A DNA stretch of 64,000 nt, taken from positions 26,786,001-26,850,000 of the forward strand of contig OZ249436.1 of assembly GCA_965235115.1 (NCBI GenBank), written 5' to 3'. The DNA is from Laetmonice hystrix. Lineage: Eukaryota. Position numbers and translations under genes: made by a program. Each line of letters opens with the position of its first letter. Position 1 is the stretch's first letter. Below are positions 25,108 through 39,745 of this stretch, one piece after another. Below the pieces are notes generated by a model, which did not search any database, was not told where the DNA came from, and saw nothing but the letters and a program-made list of their open reading frames with translations.

Positions 25108-28100
25108 GGTTGAAGTTGCAAAGTGTCCCTCGGTAGAAGTATGAAGTAGCTATTGTTCCTCGGGTAAAACCGAATCTCGATGTGGTCCTTCCTTTACGGA
25201 TGCGGGTTTTTATATTATTATGTTCACGTCGCCATGCAACTGGTATACTGGCGAGTGTACATACGTCGCTAAGTAAGGACTAAGACTTAGTTTCTTAACC
25301 TCTTTAATGGTTGTGAACAACTCGGGCACAATCCGATGTTCGCCCAGCAATGTGTGAAATACATTGGATTAACGGGTTCTTCGCCACTTGGTCAACCCAG
25401 GCAAATTCGAGTTGGGCAAATACGCATTTTTATTCTTGGCAAATATACCCTTAAAGGCTGGGTCGCGTCTTAAGTATGGGGCAAAGGGCAGCCGGGGCAC
25501 AGAGCTGGGAGAGGCATCCGGCTTTCAGAAAAGAAAAACAAGTCAAACTATGACACGCCAAAAGCAGGCTCATATCTTTGGCAGAAAAGTCCCGTGTCTT
25601 CCTGCCTTGTGTTGGACATAAATGTAGGACCTATAGGCTAGGCTAGTAGGTCATTTGGGCCACTAGCCCCAACATATGAGAACTGCATTGTGCATCAAAG
25701 ATTATCTTTTCAAATTCACGCACTACATGGGCTGAGTCACCTTTTGCGGCAATCGGAACTTTCGAGGCCATTTCCGGTTTCCAGTTGAGAAATAACCTCG
25801 GATGTAAGTCAGGCCCAAAGCTACAGATGTAAAACGTCGATGTGAGGAGGCTCATCCACATCACCGCTCATGTTCTTCCGTTTTATGTGTAGTTCCAACG
25901 GATATAGAGAAACAGATCACGGAAACTTATGAATCTGACACGAATTCAGTGCATTTTGGTGTAGCCAGTGTTTTGGAGTGGGATTTTAACACAAATTTCA
26001 GTCTTAAAAAAGTTGAAATCCGCGAATCCTCGAAAGATGTTCATCGTTGCCCTCAGCGTCCATACTTGATCTAGCCTGCCTGAGATGCAGGCTCAGACTA
26101 AGCATACATATTGCGAAGTTTACGCACTATGTTAGTTCAAACGTGACATTTATTATTAGCCTACCAAGTTCCAATAATTTCAAGCAACAAAACACAGTCA
26201 CAGAGTCGTGGCGCTGTCCAGAAACAAAACAGGTGCTGGGGTTATGCCTCCGTCATTTTAACTAAATCGGTCACATGACTCCATCAAATCATGTGACTGC
26301 ATGGAAGTAGTTCAACATGGCAGCGCCCGTAATACATTCGAGATGTTTTGCGTACGGAAAGCCCGAGATGTTGTGATTGCTTTTGCAGCTATAGGCTGCG
26401 TATGCTGGACCTGCAGGTCTATTATTACACTCTAAAATTAGATCCTTTGGCCCATTATTGGGTATTTAACCTCCAAGTCGGACACAGGGGATGTCCTTCA
26501 AATATAATGTGTGCTAATCAGGCCAGCAATAAGGCGTTTCGCTCTGGCCCAGCGTAGGACTCTGTACTCCGAGCTTGCGCCCCAGTCATTTGGTATAATT
26601 CGGCGCCTAAGCAGGTGTCATCTGAATTTTGCCACGTCCTGGGGAATGACATGACACTTCCAGATGCACTGAGCAGGGCCACAATATCTGATGACTGTGG
26701 GGCAGTTAGTTGCTAATGACCTTACAAGGACCATGAACCTGAACCCTGTTGCTGTCAATATGCTCTGTTCTCATACTCTTGAGCACATTCGTTTTCCGCC
26801 TCCCTGGCACAGTCAACCACGTCTTGGCAGAAGCAGGCCCATAGGCCGAACACGGCAGCGAGACGGAGGAGTGTAGTTCCCCTGAAATGTAGGTCCGACT
26901 GACATGCTATCCCTGAAGTATAAGTCCGACAGGCCTGCATTCCTAGGACTTCAAGGTTGATGGTCTAGGACCGGCAAAGCCATGAAATCCAGGTCCGGTG
27001 GACTTCCATTCCGGCGGAGTTACATTCATTCCCTTCACACTTGTGTGCACAAATGTGCTGCCGCCACGCTACTTCAAAGTTGGAGTAATCGGTGTCACAA
27101 AAAGTTCAGTTGAGGGATAGCTCCCAACAGTGCAGTTATTCACTTCTAAGGCTATGCTAATTATATATGGTTGAAAATTCACGCGATGTCGAACGTAGTA
27201 TAACATGTAATATTCCATAACATTTTTAATTGAATACTGCCTTTGGATATCCCTTGTTTATTTACTCAGAATAAAATGAAAAATAGAAGGTCTCTAATCC
27301 ATTTACCTATAGCTATAGGCTGTGTAATGGTGTGGGCGTCCAATGGGGTACATTAGATCCATGTGCAATAGGGATTTCAAGTCAAATCCGCAAGGCGGCA
27401 GCACTGTGCAAGCGGTCCTTGCTGCAGTACGTTAGCATAAGTTTAGAAAGGACGACGAAATGCTAATGTGCTGTAGGATGACCTAACCTTATCATTACTA
27501 AATAATGTTAACTGATTTGGACTAAAGTCAATGAAAGAAGTTTAAAAATTGTCATTAGAACAAATGTCGGTATGGCAACCAGCCACAGATTAGCAGATAT
27601 CAGCCTATCTAATTCTATGCTAAAATGTCGCCTCCTGAACCGCTTGCACAGTGCTGCCGCCATGCGGAAAATGCGGCGACCAAGTTCCCCATTGTCCCGG
27701 TGTCTAATGGTTCGGGTGCCTAATTGTACAGCGTCTAATTGTCCAATGTTAAATGAATCGTGTCGTTTTTATCCGGTGTGGCGTGCATCGATTTCCCACC
27801 CTGCATGAGTAAACAGATTGGAATAGATTCAAAATTATAAAAGCTGCACATGTCGCTAAAGAACACAAGATGACAATTAGATGACAATTAATAATTTTCA
27901 ATGATGCCCTTTTTTGTTTTCTCTATCAGACAAAATTTAAAGTGGGCGGAGATGTTCGTATTCCAATGAATGTAGCAACACTGAGTGTAGCAAATTTCGA
28001 ACATAGAAACACTGAAGATGCAGGAGAGGGGGCCGACAGGTAAGATTGAGTTATTTGTGTGAAATCCCGTTTTTTAGCACGCTCATGAAAATACTTCATA

Positions 28101-28431
28101 AAAGAAGAAACTCATTATCCACTATGAAAAACTTTCATTTTTATTTCGTAACACTTATTAATGCTACTTGTAGGATGCATCGTGGTTCAGAACACATAAA
28201 CATAAATTGGTTATCTCATTATAGTGAGATTCTCATATCCGTATCAACTATGGCGCCAAATTGATGCACGTGTCCCCAACGTGCCCAATCCTGCATGGCT
28301 CTTCCCTATGATCACGTTTTTTGACTCTTTGTAAGTCTTTACCGATCATGGCAGTGTCAATAGTACCCCCATTGATAGTCTACTTTCGAGCATAGACTAC
28401 TTTTGAGCCTACATTAATATAGGTTAAATTG

Positions 28432-29233
28432 TTATTTCTTAAATGCAGAGAAACATTTGCCAAACGACTCGGCCAAAGGATCGCAACAGTTCTGAATAAC
28501 GATGGCGTAGATCTTTCCGATCAACTTGACGTTGATTTCGTATGCCCGGATGCAGGGTGTGATGATCCAGATGTGTTGGAAGGCCACGCAGGCGAAGTAA
28601 CATCCCCAGCCAATCATGATACAGCATGAACAGAAGGTCGTGGCCAGGGTGTAGCAGAGGGCCTTCCACACGTTGAAACATTTAAAGGAACACTTCCAGC
28701 AGCAGTCCATACTCTTGGTGTGGTCCGGCTCGCCAATCAAGTCTTCCCAGGCGACCTATAGAACGGAAATGACAAGTAAAGAGTATGAGTTCTCAAGTTG
28801 GTACTAATGAAGACTTTTTTTTGGCTAATAATTTTAACTATCAATAGATATACCAAGAAGGTGACGTATAACGTCACCGGTATATGGCACAAGTTATGAT
28901 ATTTGTGATTTAAACTTCTGTCTTGAAATCAAGAAGAACATGCAGTATGGTACGATGACATGTAGCAAGGTCAGGTAAATATTTTTGGGGTTACAAACCT
29001 AAATTCTACATTGCTGTTAATGCCAGCGAGTCTATACTCTGTTCTATTGTCTGGGCTCGTTTAAGTTTGTTTGACTTTTTCTATACTTTCTGCCGACCTT
29101 GTTAACTATACTGACTCATTGAATCATCAGTAAGGGGCTATAAACATGAACTCACCTGTAAGTGATCATTAATGTTGTTTGGGTCCCTGTTCTCAAAGTC
29201 AGGTTCCATGGCCCAAGCCTCGCCGATTCCCAT
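28432..29233 (-). CDS. cav: Caveolin, copy 5 (exons 29156-29233, 28432-28755)
   Basis: Same as copy 2. Confidence 0.93.
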
Positions 29234-32200
29234 GGTTGAAGTTGCAAAGTGTCCCTCGGTAGAAGTATGAAGTAGCTATTGTTCCTCGGGTAAAACCGAA
29301 TCTCGATGTGGTCCTTCCTTTACGGATGCGGGTTTTTATATTATTATGTTCACGTCGCCATGCAACTGGTATACTGGCGAGTGTACATACGTCGCTAAGT
29401 AAGGACTAAGACTTAGTTTCTTAACCTCTTTAATGGTTGTGAACAACTCGGGCACAATCCGATGTTCGCCCAGCAATGTGTGAAATACATTGGATTAACG
29501 GGTTCTTCGCCACTTGGTCAACCCAGGCAAATTCGAGTTGGGCAAATACGCATTTTTATTCTTGGCAAATATACCCTTAAAGGCTGGGTCGCGTCTTAAG
29601 TATGGGGCAAAGGGCAGCCGGGGCACAGAGCTGGGAGAGGCATCCGGCTTTCAGAAAAGAAAAACAAGTCAAACTATGACACGCCAAAAGCAGGCTCATA
29701 TCTTTGGCAGAAAAGTCCCGTGTCTTCCTGCCTTGTGTTGGACATAAATGTAGGACCTATAGGCTAGGCTAGTAGGTCATTTGGGCCACTAGCCCCAACA
29801 TATGAGAACTGCATTGTGCATCAAAGATTATCTTTTCAAATTCACGCACTACATGGGCTGAGTCACCTTTTGCGGCAATCGGAACTTTCGAGGCCATTTC
29901 CGGTTTCCAGTTGAGAAATAACCTCGGATGTAAGTCAGGCCCAAAGCTACAGATGTAAAACGTCGATGTGAGGAGGCTCATCCACATCACCGCTCATGTT
30001 CTTCCGTTTTATGTGTAGTTCCAACGGATATAGAGAAACAGATCACGGAAACTTATGAATCTGACACGAATTCAGTGCATTTTGGTGTAGCCAGTGTTTT
30101 GGAGTGGGATTTTAACACAAATTTCAGTCTTAAAAAAGTTGAAATCCGCGAATCCTCGAAAGATGTTCATCGTTGCCCTCAGCGTCCATACTTGATCTAG
30201 CCTGCCTGAGATGCAGGCTCAGACTAAGCATACATATTGCGAAGTTTACGCACTATGTTAGTTCAAACGTGACATTTATTATTAGCCTACCAAGTTCCAA
30301 TAATTTCAAGCAACAAAACACAGTCACAGAGTCGTGGCGCTGTCCAGAAACAAAACAGGTGCTGGGGTTATGCCTCCGTCATTTTAACTAAATCGGTCAC
30401 ATGACTCCATCAAATCATGTGACTGCATGGAAGTAGTTCAACATGGCAGCGCCCGTAATACATTCGAGATGTTTTGCGTACGGAAAGCCCGAGATGTTGT
30501 GATTGCTTTTGCAGCTATAGGCTGCGTATGCTGGACCTGCAGGTCTATTATTACACTCTAAAATTAGATCCTTTGGCCCATTATTGGGTATTTAACCTCC
30601 AAGTCGGACACAGGGGATGTCCTTCAAATATAATGTGTGCTAATCAGGCCAGCAATAAGGCGTTTCGCTCTGGCCCAGCGTAGGACTCTGTACTCCGAGC
30701 TTGCGCCCCAGTCATTTGGTATAATTCGGCGCCTAAGCAGGTGTCATCTGAATTTTGCCACGTCCTGGGGAATGACATGACACTTCCAGATGCACTGAGC
30801 AGGGCCACAATATCTGATGACTGTGGGGCAGTTAGTTGCTAATGACCTTACAAGGACCATGAACCTGAACCCTGTTGCTGTCAATATGCTCTGTTCTCAT
30901 ACTCTTGAGCACATTCGTTTTCCGCCTCCCTGGCACAGTCAACCACGTCTTGGCAGAAGCAGGCCCATAGGCCGAACACGGCAGCGAGACGGAGGAGTGT
31001 AGTTCCCCTGAAATGTAGGTCCGACTGACATGCTATCCCTGAAGTATAAGTCCGACAGGCCTGCATTCCTAGGACTTCAAGGTTGATGGTCTAGGACCGG
31101 CAAAGCCATGAAATCCAGGTCCGGTGGACTTCCATTCCGGCGGAGTTACATTCATTCCCTTCACACTTGTGTGCACAAATGTGCTGCCGCCACGCTACTT
31201 CAAAGTTGGAGTAATCGGTGTCACAAAAAGTTCAGTTGAGGGATAGCTCCCAACAGTGCAGTTATTCACTTCTAAGGCTATGCTAATTATATATGGTTGA
31301 AAATTCACGCGATGTCGAACGTAGTATAACATGTAATATTCCATAACATTTTTAATTGAATACTGCCTTTGGATATCCCTTGTTTATTTACTCAGAATAA
31401 AATGAAAAATAGAAGGTCTCTAATCCATTTACCTATAGCTATAGGCTGTGTAATGGTGTGGGCGTCCAATGGGGTACATTAGATCCATGTGCAATAGGGA
31501 TTTCAAGTCAAATCCGCAAGGCGGCAGCACTGTGCAAGCGGTCCTTGCTGCAGTACGTTAGCATAAGTTTAGAAAGGACGACGAAATGCTAATGTGCTGT
31601 AGGATGACCTAACCTTATCATTACTAAATAATGTTAACTGATTTGGACTAAAGTCAATGAAAGAAGTTTAAAAATTGTCATTAGAACAAATGTCGGTATG
31701 GCAACCAGCCACAGATTAGCAGATATCAGCCTATCTAATTCTATGCTAAAATGTCGCCTCCTGAACCGCTTGCACAGTGCTGCCGCCATGCGGAAAATGC
31801 GGCGACCAAGTTCCCCATTGTCCCGGTGTCTAATGGTTCGGGTGCCTAATTGTACAGCGTCTAATTGTCCAATGTTAAATTAATCGTGTCGTTTTTATCC
31901 GGTGTGGCGTGCATCGATTTCCCACCCTGCATGAGTAAACAGATTGGAATAGATTCAAAATTATAAAAGCTGCACATGTCGCTAAAGAACACAAGATGAC
32001 AATTAGATGACAATTAATAATTTTCAATGATGCCCTTTTTTGTTTTCTCTATCAGACAAAATTTAAAGTGGGCGGAGATGTTCGTATTCCAATGAATGTA
32101 GCAACACTGAGTGTAGCAAATTTCGAACATAGAAACACTGAAGATGCAGGAGAGGGGGCCGACAGGTAAGATTGAGTTATTTGTGTGAAATCCCGTTTTT

Positions 32201-32557
32201 TAGCACGCTCATGAAAATACTTCATAAAAGAAGAAACTCATTATCCACTATGAAAAACTTTCATTTTTATTTCGTAACACTTATTAATGCTACTTGTAGG
32301 ATGCATCGTGGTTCAGAACACATAAACATAAATTGGTTATCTCATTATAGTGAGATTCTCATATCCGTATCAACTATGGCGCCAAATTGATGCACGTGTC
32401 CCCAACGTGCCCAATCCTGCATGGCTCTTCCCTATGATCACGTTTTTTGACTCTTTGTAAGTCTTTACCGATCATGGCAGTGTCAATAGTACCCCCATTG
32501 ATAGTCTACTTTCGAGCATAGACTACTTTTGAGCCTACATTAATATAGGTTAAATTG

Positions 32558-33359
32558 TTATTTCTTAAATGCAGAGAAACATTTGCCAAACGACTCGGCC
32601 AAAGGATCGCAACAGTTCTGAATAACGATGGCGTAGATCTTTCCGATCAACTTGACGTTGATTTCGTATGCCCGGATGCAGGGTGTGATGATCCAGATGT
32701 GTTGGAAGGCCACGCAGGCGAAGTAACATCCCCAGCCAATCATGATACAGCATGAACAGAAGGTCGTGGCCAGGGTGTAGCAGAGGGCCTTCCACACGTT
32801 GAAACATTTAAAGGAACACTTCCAGCAGCAGTCCATACTCTTGGTGTGGTCCGGCTCGCCAATCAAGTCTTCCCAGGCGACCTATAGAACGGAAATGACA
32901 AGTAAAGAGTATGAGTTCTCAAGTTGGTACTAATGAAGACTTTTTTTTGGCTAATAATTTTAACTATCAATAGATATACCAAGAAGGTGACGTATAACGT
33001 CACCGGTATATGGCACAAGTTATGATATTTGTGATTTAAACTTCTGTCTTGAAATCAAGAAGAACATGCAGTATGGTACGATGACATGTAGCAAGGTCAG
33101 GTAAATATTTTTGGGGTTACAAACCTAAATTCTACATTGCTGTTAATGCCAGCGAGTCTATACTCTGTTCTATTGTCTGGGCTCGTTTAAGTTTGTTTGA
33201 CTTTTTCTATACTTTCTGCCGACCTTGTTAACTATACTGACTCATTGAATCATCAGTAAGGGGCTATAAACATGAACTCACCTGTAAGTGATCATTAATG
33301 TTGTTTGGGTCCCTGTTCTCAAAGTCAGGTTCCATGGCCCAAGCCTCGCCGATTCCCAT
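32558..33359 (-). CDS. cav: Caveolin, copy 6 (exons 33282-33359, 32558-32881)
   Basis: Same as copy 2. Confidence 0.93.
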
Positions 33360-36300
33360 GGTTGAAGTTGCAAAGTGTCCCTCGGTAGAAGTATGAAGTA
33401 GCTATTGTTCCTCGGGTAAAACCGAATCTCGATGTGGTCCTTCCTTTACGGATGCGGGTTTTTATATTATTATGTTCACGTCGCCATGCAACTGGTATAC
33501 TGGCGAGTGTACATACGTCGCTAAGTAAGGACTAAGACTTAGTTTCTTAACCTCTTTAATGGTTGTGAACAACTCGGGCACAATCCGATGTTCGCCCAGC
33601 AATGTGTGAAATACATTGGATTAACGGGTTCTTCGCCACTTGGTCAACCCAGGCAAATTCGAGTTGGGCAAATACGCATTTTTATTCTTGGCAAATATAC
33701 CCTTAAAGGCTGGGTCGCGTCTTAAGTATGGGGCAAAGGGCAGCCGGGGCACAGAGCTGGGAGAGGCATCCGGCTTTCAGAAAAGAAAAACAAGTCAAAC
33801 TATGACACGCCAAAAGCAGGCTCATATCTTTGGCAGAAAAGTCCCGTGTCTTCCTGCCTTGTGTTGGACATAAATGTAGGACCTATAGGCTAGGCTAGTA
33901 GGTCATTTGGGCCACTAGCCCCAACATATGAGAACTGCATTGTGCATCAAAGATTATCTTTTCAAATTCACGCACTACATGGGCTGAGTCACCTTTTGCG
34001 GCAATCGGAACTTTCGAGGCCATTTCCGGTTTCCAGTTGAGAAATAACCTCGGATGTAAGTCAGGCCCAAAGCTACAGATGTAAAACGTCGATGTGAGGA
34101 GGCTCATCCACATCACCGCTCATGTTCTTCCGTTTTATGTGTAGTTCCAACGGATATAGAGAAACAGATCACGGAAACTTATGAATCTGACACGAATTCA
34201 GTGCATTTTGGTGTAGCCAGTGTTTTGGAGTGGGATTTTAACACAAATTTCAGTCTTAAAAAAGTTGAAATCCGCGAATCCTCGAAAGATGTTCATCGTT
34301 GCCCTCAGCGTCCATACTTGATCTAGCCTGCCTGAGATGCAGGCTCAGACTAAGCATACATATTGCGAAGTTTACGCACTATGTTAGTTCAAACGTGACA
34401 TTTATTATTAGCCTACCAAGTTCCAATAATTTCAAGCAACAAAACACAGTCACAGAGTCGTGGCGCTGTCCAGAAACAAAACAGGTGCTGGGGTTATGCC
34501 TCCGTCATTTTAACTAAATCGGTCACATGACTCCATCAAATCATGTGACTGCATGGAAGTAGTTCAACATGGCAGCGCCCGTAATACATTCGAGATGTTT
34601 TGCGTACGGAAAGCCCGAGATGTTGTGATTGCTTTTGCAGCTATAGGCTGCGTATGCTGGACCTGCAGGTCTATTATTACACTCTAAAATTAGATCCTTT
34701 GGCCCATTATTGGGTCACAATTAGGCAAAAGCAAGCATAAACCGCTTGGCTGCCGCCAGGGTATTTAACCTCCAAGTCGGACACAGGGGATGTCCTTCAA
34801 ATATAATGTGTGCTAATCAGGCCAGCAATAAGGCGTTTCGCTCTGGCCCAGCGTAGGACTCTGTACTCCGAGCTTGCGCCCCAGTCATTTGGTATAATTC
34901 GGCGCCTAAGCAGGTGTCATCTGAATTTTGCCACGTCCTGGGGAATGACATGACACTTCCAGATGCACTGAGCAGGGCCACAATATCTGATGACTGTGGG
35001 GCAGTTAGTTGCTAATGACCTTACAAGGACCATGAACCTGAACCCTGTTGCTGTCAATATGCTCTGTTCTCATACTCTTGAGCACATTCGTTTTCCGCCT
35101 CCCTGGCACAGTCAACCACGTCTTGGCAGAAGCAGGCCCATAGGCCGAACACGGCAGCGAGACGGAGGAGTGTAGTTCCCCTGAAATGTAGGTCCGACTG
35201 ACATGCTATCCCTGAAGTATAAGTCCGACAGGCCTGCATTCCTAGGACTTCAAGGTTGATGGTCTAGGACCGGCAAAGCCATGAAATCCAGGTCCGGTGG
35301 ACTTCCATTCCGGCGGAGTTACATTCATTCCCTTCACACTTGTGTGCACAAATGTGCTGCCGCCACGCTACTTCAAAGTTGGAGTAATCGGTGTCACAAA
35401 AAGTTCAGTTGAGGGATAGCTCCCAACAGTGCAGTTATTCACTTCTAAGGCTATGCTAATTATATATGGTTGAAAATTCACGCGATGTCGAACGTAGTAT
35501 AACATGTAATATTCCATAACATTTTTAATTGAATACTGCCTTTGGATATCCCTTGTTTATTTACTCAGAATAAAATGAAAAATAGAAGGTCTCTAATCCA
35601 TTTACCTATAGCTATAGGCTGTGTAATGGTGTGGGCGTCCAATGGGGTACATTAGATCCATGTGCAATAGGGATTTCAAGTCAAATCCGCAAGGCGGCAG
35701 CACTGTGCAAGCGGTCCTTGCTGCAGTACGTTAGCATAAGTTTAGAAAGGACGACGAAATGCTAATGTGCTGTAGGATGACCTAACCTTATCATTACTAA
35801 ATAATGTTAACTGATTTGGACTAAAGTCAATGAAAGAAGTTTAAAAATTGTCATTAGAACAAATGTCGGTATGGCAACCAGCCACAGATTAGCAGATATC
35901 AGCCTATCTAATTCTATGCTAAAATGTCGCCTCCTGAACCGCTTGCACAGTGCTGCCGCCATGCGGAAAATGCGGCGACCAAGTTCCCCATTGTCCCGGT
36001 GTCTAATGGTTCGGGTGCCTAATTGTACAGCGTCTAATTGTCCAATGTTAAATTAATCGTGTCGTTTTTATCCGGTGTGGCGTGCATCGATTTCCCACCC
36101 TGCATGAGTAAACAGATTGGAATAGATTCAAAATTATAAAAGCTGCACATGTCGCTAAAGAACACAAGATGACAATTAGATGACAATTAATAATTTTCAA
36201 TGATGCCCTTTTTTGTTTTCTCTATCAGACAAAATTTAAAGTGGGCGGAGATGTTCGTATTCCAATGAATGTAGCAACACTGAGTGTAGCAAATTTCGAA

Positions 36301-36730
36301 CATAGAAACACTGAAGATGCAGGAGAGGGGGCCGACAGGTAAGATTGAGTTATTTGTGTGAAATCCCGTTTTTTAGCACGCTCATGAAAATACTTCATAA
36401 AAGAAGAAACTCATTATCCACTATGAAAAACTTTCATTTTTATTTCGTAACACTTATTAATGCTACTTGTAGGATGCATCGTGGTTCAGAACACATAAAC
36501 ATAAATTGGTTATCTCATTATAGTGAGATTCTCATATCCGTATCAACTATGGCGCCAAATTGATGCACGTGTCCCCAACGTGCCCAATCCTGCATGGCTC
36601 TTCCCTATGATCACGTTTTTTGACTCTTTGTAAGTCTTTACCGATCATGGCAGTGTCAATAGTACCCCCATTGATAGTCTACTTTCGAGCATAGACTACT
36701 TTTGAGCCTACATTAATATAGGTTAAATTG

Positions 36731-37532
36731 TTATTTCTTAAATGCAGAGAAACATTTGCCAAACGACTCGGCCAAAGGATCGCAACAGTTCTGAATAACG
36801 ATGGCGTAGATCTTTCCGATCAATTTGACGTTGATTTCGTATGCCCGGATGCAGGGTGTGATGATCCAGATGTGTTGGAAGGCCACGCAGGCGAAGTAAC
36901 ATCCCCAGCCAATCATGATACAGCATGAACAGAAGGTCGTGGCCAGGGTGTAGCAGAGGGCCTTCCACACGTTGAAACATTTAAAGGAACACTTCCAGCA
37001 GCAGTCCATACTCTTGGTGTGGTCCGGCTCGCCAATCAAGTCTTCCCAGGCGACCTATAGAACGGAAATGACAAGTAAAGAGTATGAGTTCTCAAGTTGG
37101 TACTAATGAAGACTTTTTTTTGGCTAATAATTTTAACTATCAATAGATATACCAAGAAGGTGACGTATAACGTCACCGGTATATGGCACAAGTTATGATA
37201 TTTGTGATTTAAACTTCTGTCTTGAAATCAAGAAGAACATGCAGTATGGTACGATGACATGTAGCAAGGTCAGGTAAATATTTTTGGGGTTACAAACCTA
37301 AATTCTACATTGCTGTTAATGCCAGCGAGTCTATACTCTGTTCTATTGTCTGGGCTCGTTTAAGTTTGTTTGACTTTTTCTATACTTTCTGCCGACCTTG
37401 TTAACTATACTGACTCATTGAATCATCAGTAAGGGGCTATAAACATGAACTCACCTGTAAGTGATCATTAATGTTGTTTGGGTCCCTGTTCTCAAAGTCA
37501 GGTTCCATGGCCCAAGCCTCGCCGATTCCCAT
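36731..37532 (-). CDS. cav: Caveolin, copy 7 (exons 37455-37532, 36731-37054)
   Basis: Same protein; synonymous change at 36824. Confidence 0.95.
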
Positions 37533-39548
37533 GGTTGAAGTTGCAAAGTGTCCCTCGGTAGAAGTATGAAGTAGCTATTGTTCCTCGGGTAAAACCGAAT
37601 CTCGATGTGGTCCTTCCTTTACGGATGCGGGTTTTTATATTATTATGTTCACGTCGCCATGCAACTGGTATACTGGCGAGTGTACATACGTCGCTAAGTA
37701 AGGACTAAGACTTAGTTTCTTAACCTCTTTAATGGTTGTGAACAACTCGGGCACAATCCGATGTTCGCCCAGCAATGTGTGAAATACATTGGATTAACGG
37801 GTTCTTCGCCACTTGGTCAACCCAGGCAAATTCGAGTTGGGCAAATACGCATTTTTATTCTTGGCAAATATACCCTTAAAGGCTGGGTCGCGTCTTAAGT
37901 ATGGGGCAAAGGGCAGCCGGGGCACAGAGCTGGGAGAGGCATCCGGCTTTCAGAAAAGAAAAACAAGTCAAACTATGACACGCCAAAAGCAGGCTCATAT
38001 CTTTGGCAGAAAAGTCCCGTGTCTTCCTGCCTTGTGTTGGACATAAATTTAGATCTCCGCACATAGGCTAGTAAGTCATTTGGGCCACTAGCCCCAACAT
38101 ATGAGAACTACATTGTGCATCAAAGATTACCTTTTAAAATTCACGCACTGCATGGGCTGAGTCACCTTTTGCGACAATTGGAACATTCGAGCCATTTCCG
38201 GTTTCCGGTTGAGAAATAACCTCAGATGTAAGTCAGGCCCAAAGCTACAGATGTAAAACGTCGATGTGAGGAGGTTCATCCACATCACCGCTCATGTTCT
38301 ACCACTCTATGCGTATAGTTCCAATGGATATAAACAGATCGCGGAAACTTATGAATCTGACACAAATTCATTGCATTTTGGTGTATCCGGTGTTTTGGAG
38401 CAGGATTTTAACACAAATTTCAGTCTTTCAAAAATTGAAATCTGCGAATCCCCGAAAGATGTTCATCGTTGCCCTCAGCGTCCATGCTTGATCTAGCCTG
38501 CCTGAGCTGCAGACTCGGGCTAAGCATACATAATTGCAAAGTTTACAGACCATTTGAGTTCAAACGTGACGTTTCTTATTAGCCTACCAACTTCCAATAA
38601 TTTCAAGCAACAAAACACAGTCACAGAGTTGTGGCACTGTCCAGAAACAACAACAGGTGTCAGTGTTATGCCTCCATCATTTTAACTAAATCGGTCACAT
38701 GACTCCATCAAATCATGTGACTGGAAGTAGTTCAACATGGCAGCGCCCGTAATACATTCGAGATGTTTTGCATACGGAAAGCCCGAGATGTTGCGATTGC
38801 TTTTGCAGCTATATGCTGCATATGCTGGACCTGCAGGTCTATAATTACACTCTAAAATTAGATCCTTTGGCCCATTATTGGGTCACAATCAGGCAAACGC
38901 AAACATAAACCACTTGGCTGCCGCCAGGGTATTAATCACCAAGTCGGACACAGGGGATGTCCTTCAAATATAATGTGTGCTAATTAGGCCAGCAATAAGG
39001 CGTTTCGCTCTGGCCCAGCGTAGGACTCTGTACTCCGAGCTTGCGCCCCAGTCATTTGGTATAATTCGGCGCCTAAGCAGGTGTCATCTGAATTTTGCCA
39101 CGTCCTGGGGAATGACATGACACTTCCAGATGCACTGAGCAGGGCCATAATATCTGATGACTGTCGGGCAGTTAGTTGCTAATGACCTTACGAGGACCAT
39201 GAACCTAAACCCTCTTGCTGTCAATGATGCTGTGTTCTCATACTCTGGTTTCTTTTGAGCAGATTCGTTTACCGCCTCCCTGGCACAGTTAACCACGTCT
39301 TGGCAGAAGCAGGCCCATAGCCCGAACACCGCGAGACGGAGGGGTGTAGTTAACCTGAAATGCAGGTCCGAAGGACCTGCTATCCCTGAAGTATAAGTCA
39401 AACAGACCTGCATTCCTAGGACTTCAAGTCCGTGTTGTTGTATTATTTTAATATTCCTTCAAAATCCAATTCCTAATCCTAACCTTACCCCTAATCCATT
39501 TGTATTTCCTTAATTTTATTGTCTTATACCACGAGGTTCATGACCGAA

Positions 39549-39745
39549 AGCCGCTTTCACATGCACACGGTTTGCGGTGTGCGCTTTGCGGCGTGCGTTT
39601 TTGCAAAAATGCAACAACTGAAAATATATATAACCGTTCACATACCCCCGGTTTGCGGTGTGCGGCGATTTACATTGGCTACATTATTAACAAAAACGCA
39701 CGCCGCATGCTGCACGCCGCAAACCCTGTGCATGTGAAAGCGGCT
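39549..39745. mobile_element. MITE, PIF/Harbinger-like, unique to spacer 7
   Basis: TIRs AGCCGCTTTCACATGCACA(C/G)GGTTTGCGG; TTA on the right, left target copy degenerate; absent from the other spacers. Confidence 0.85.
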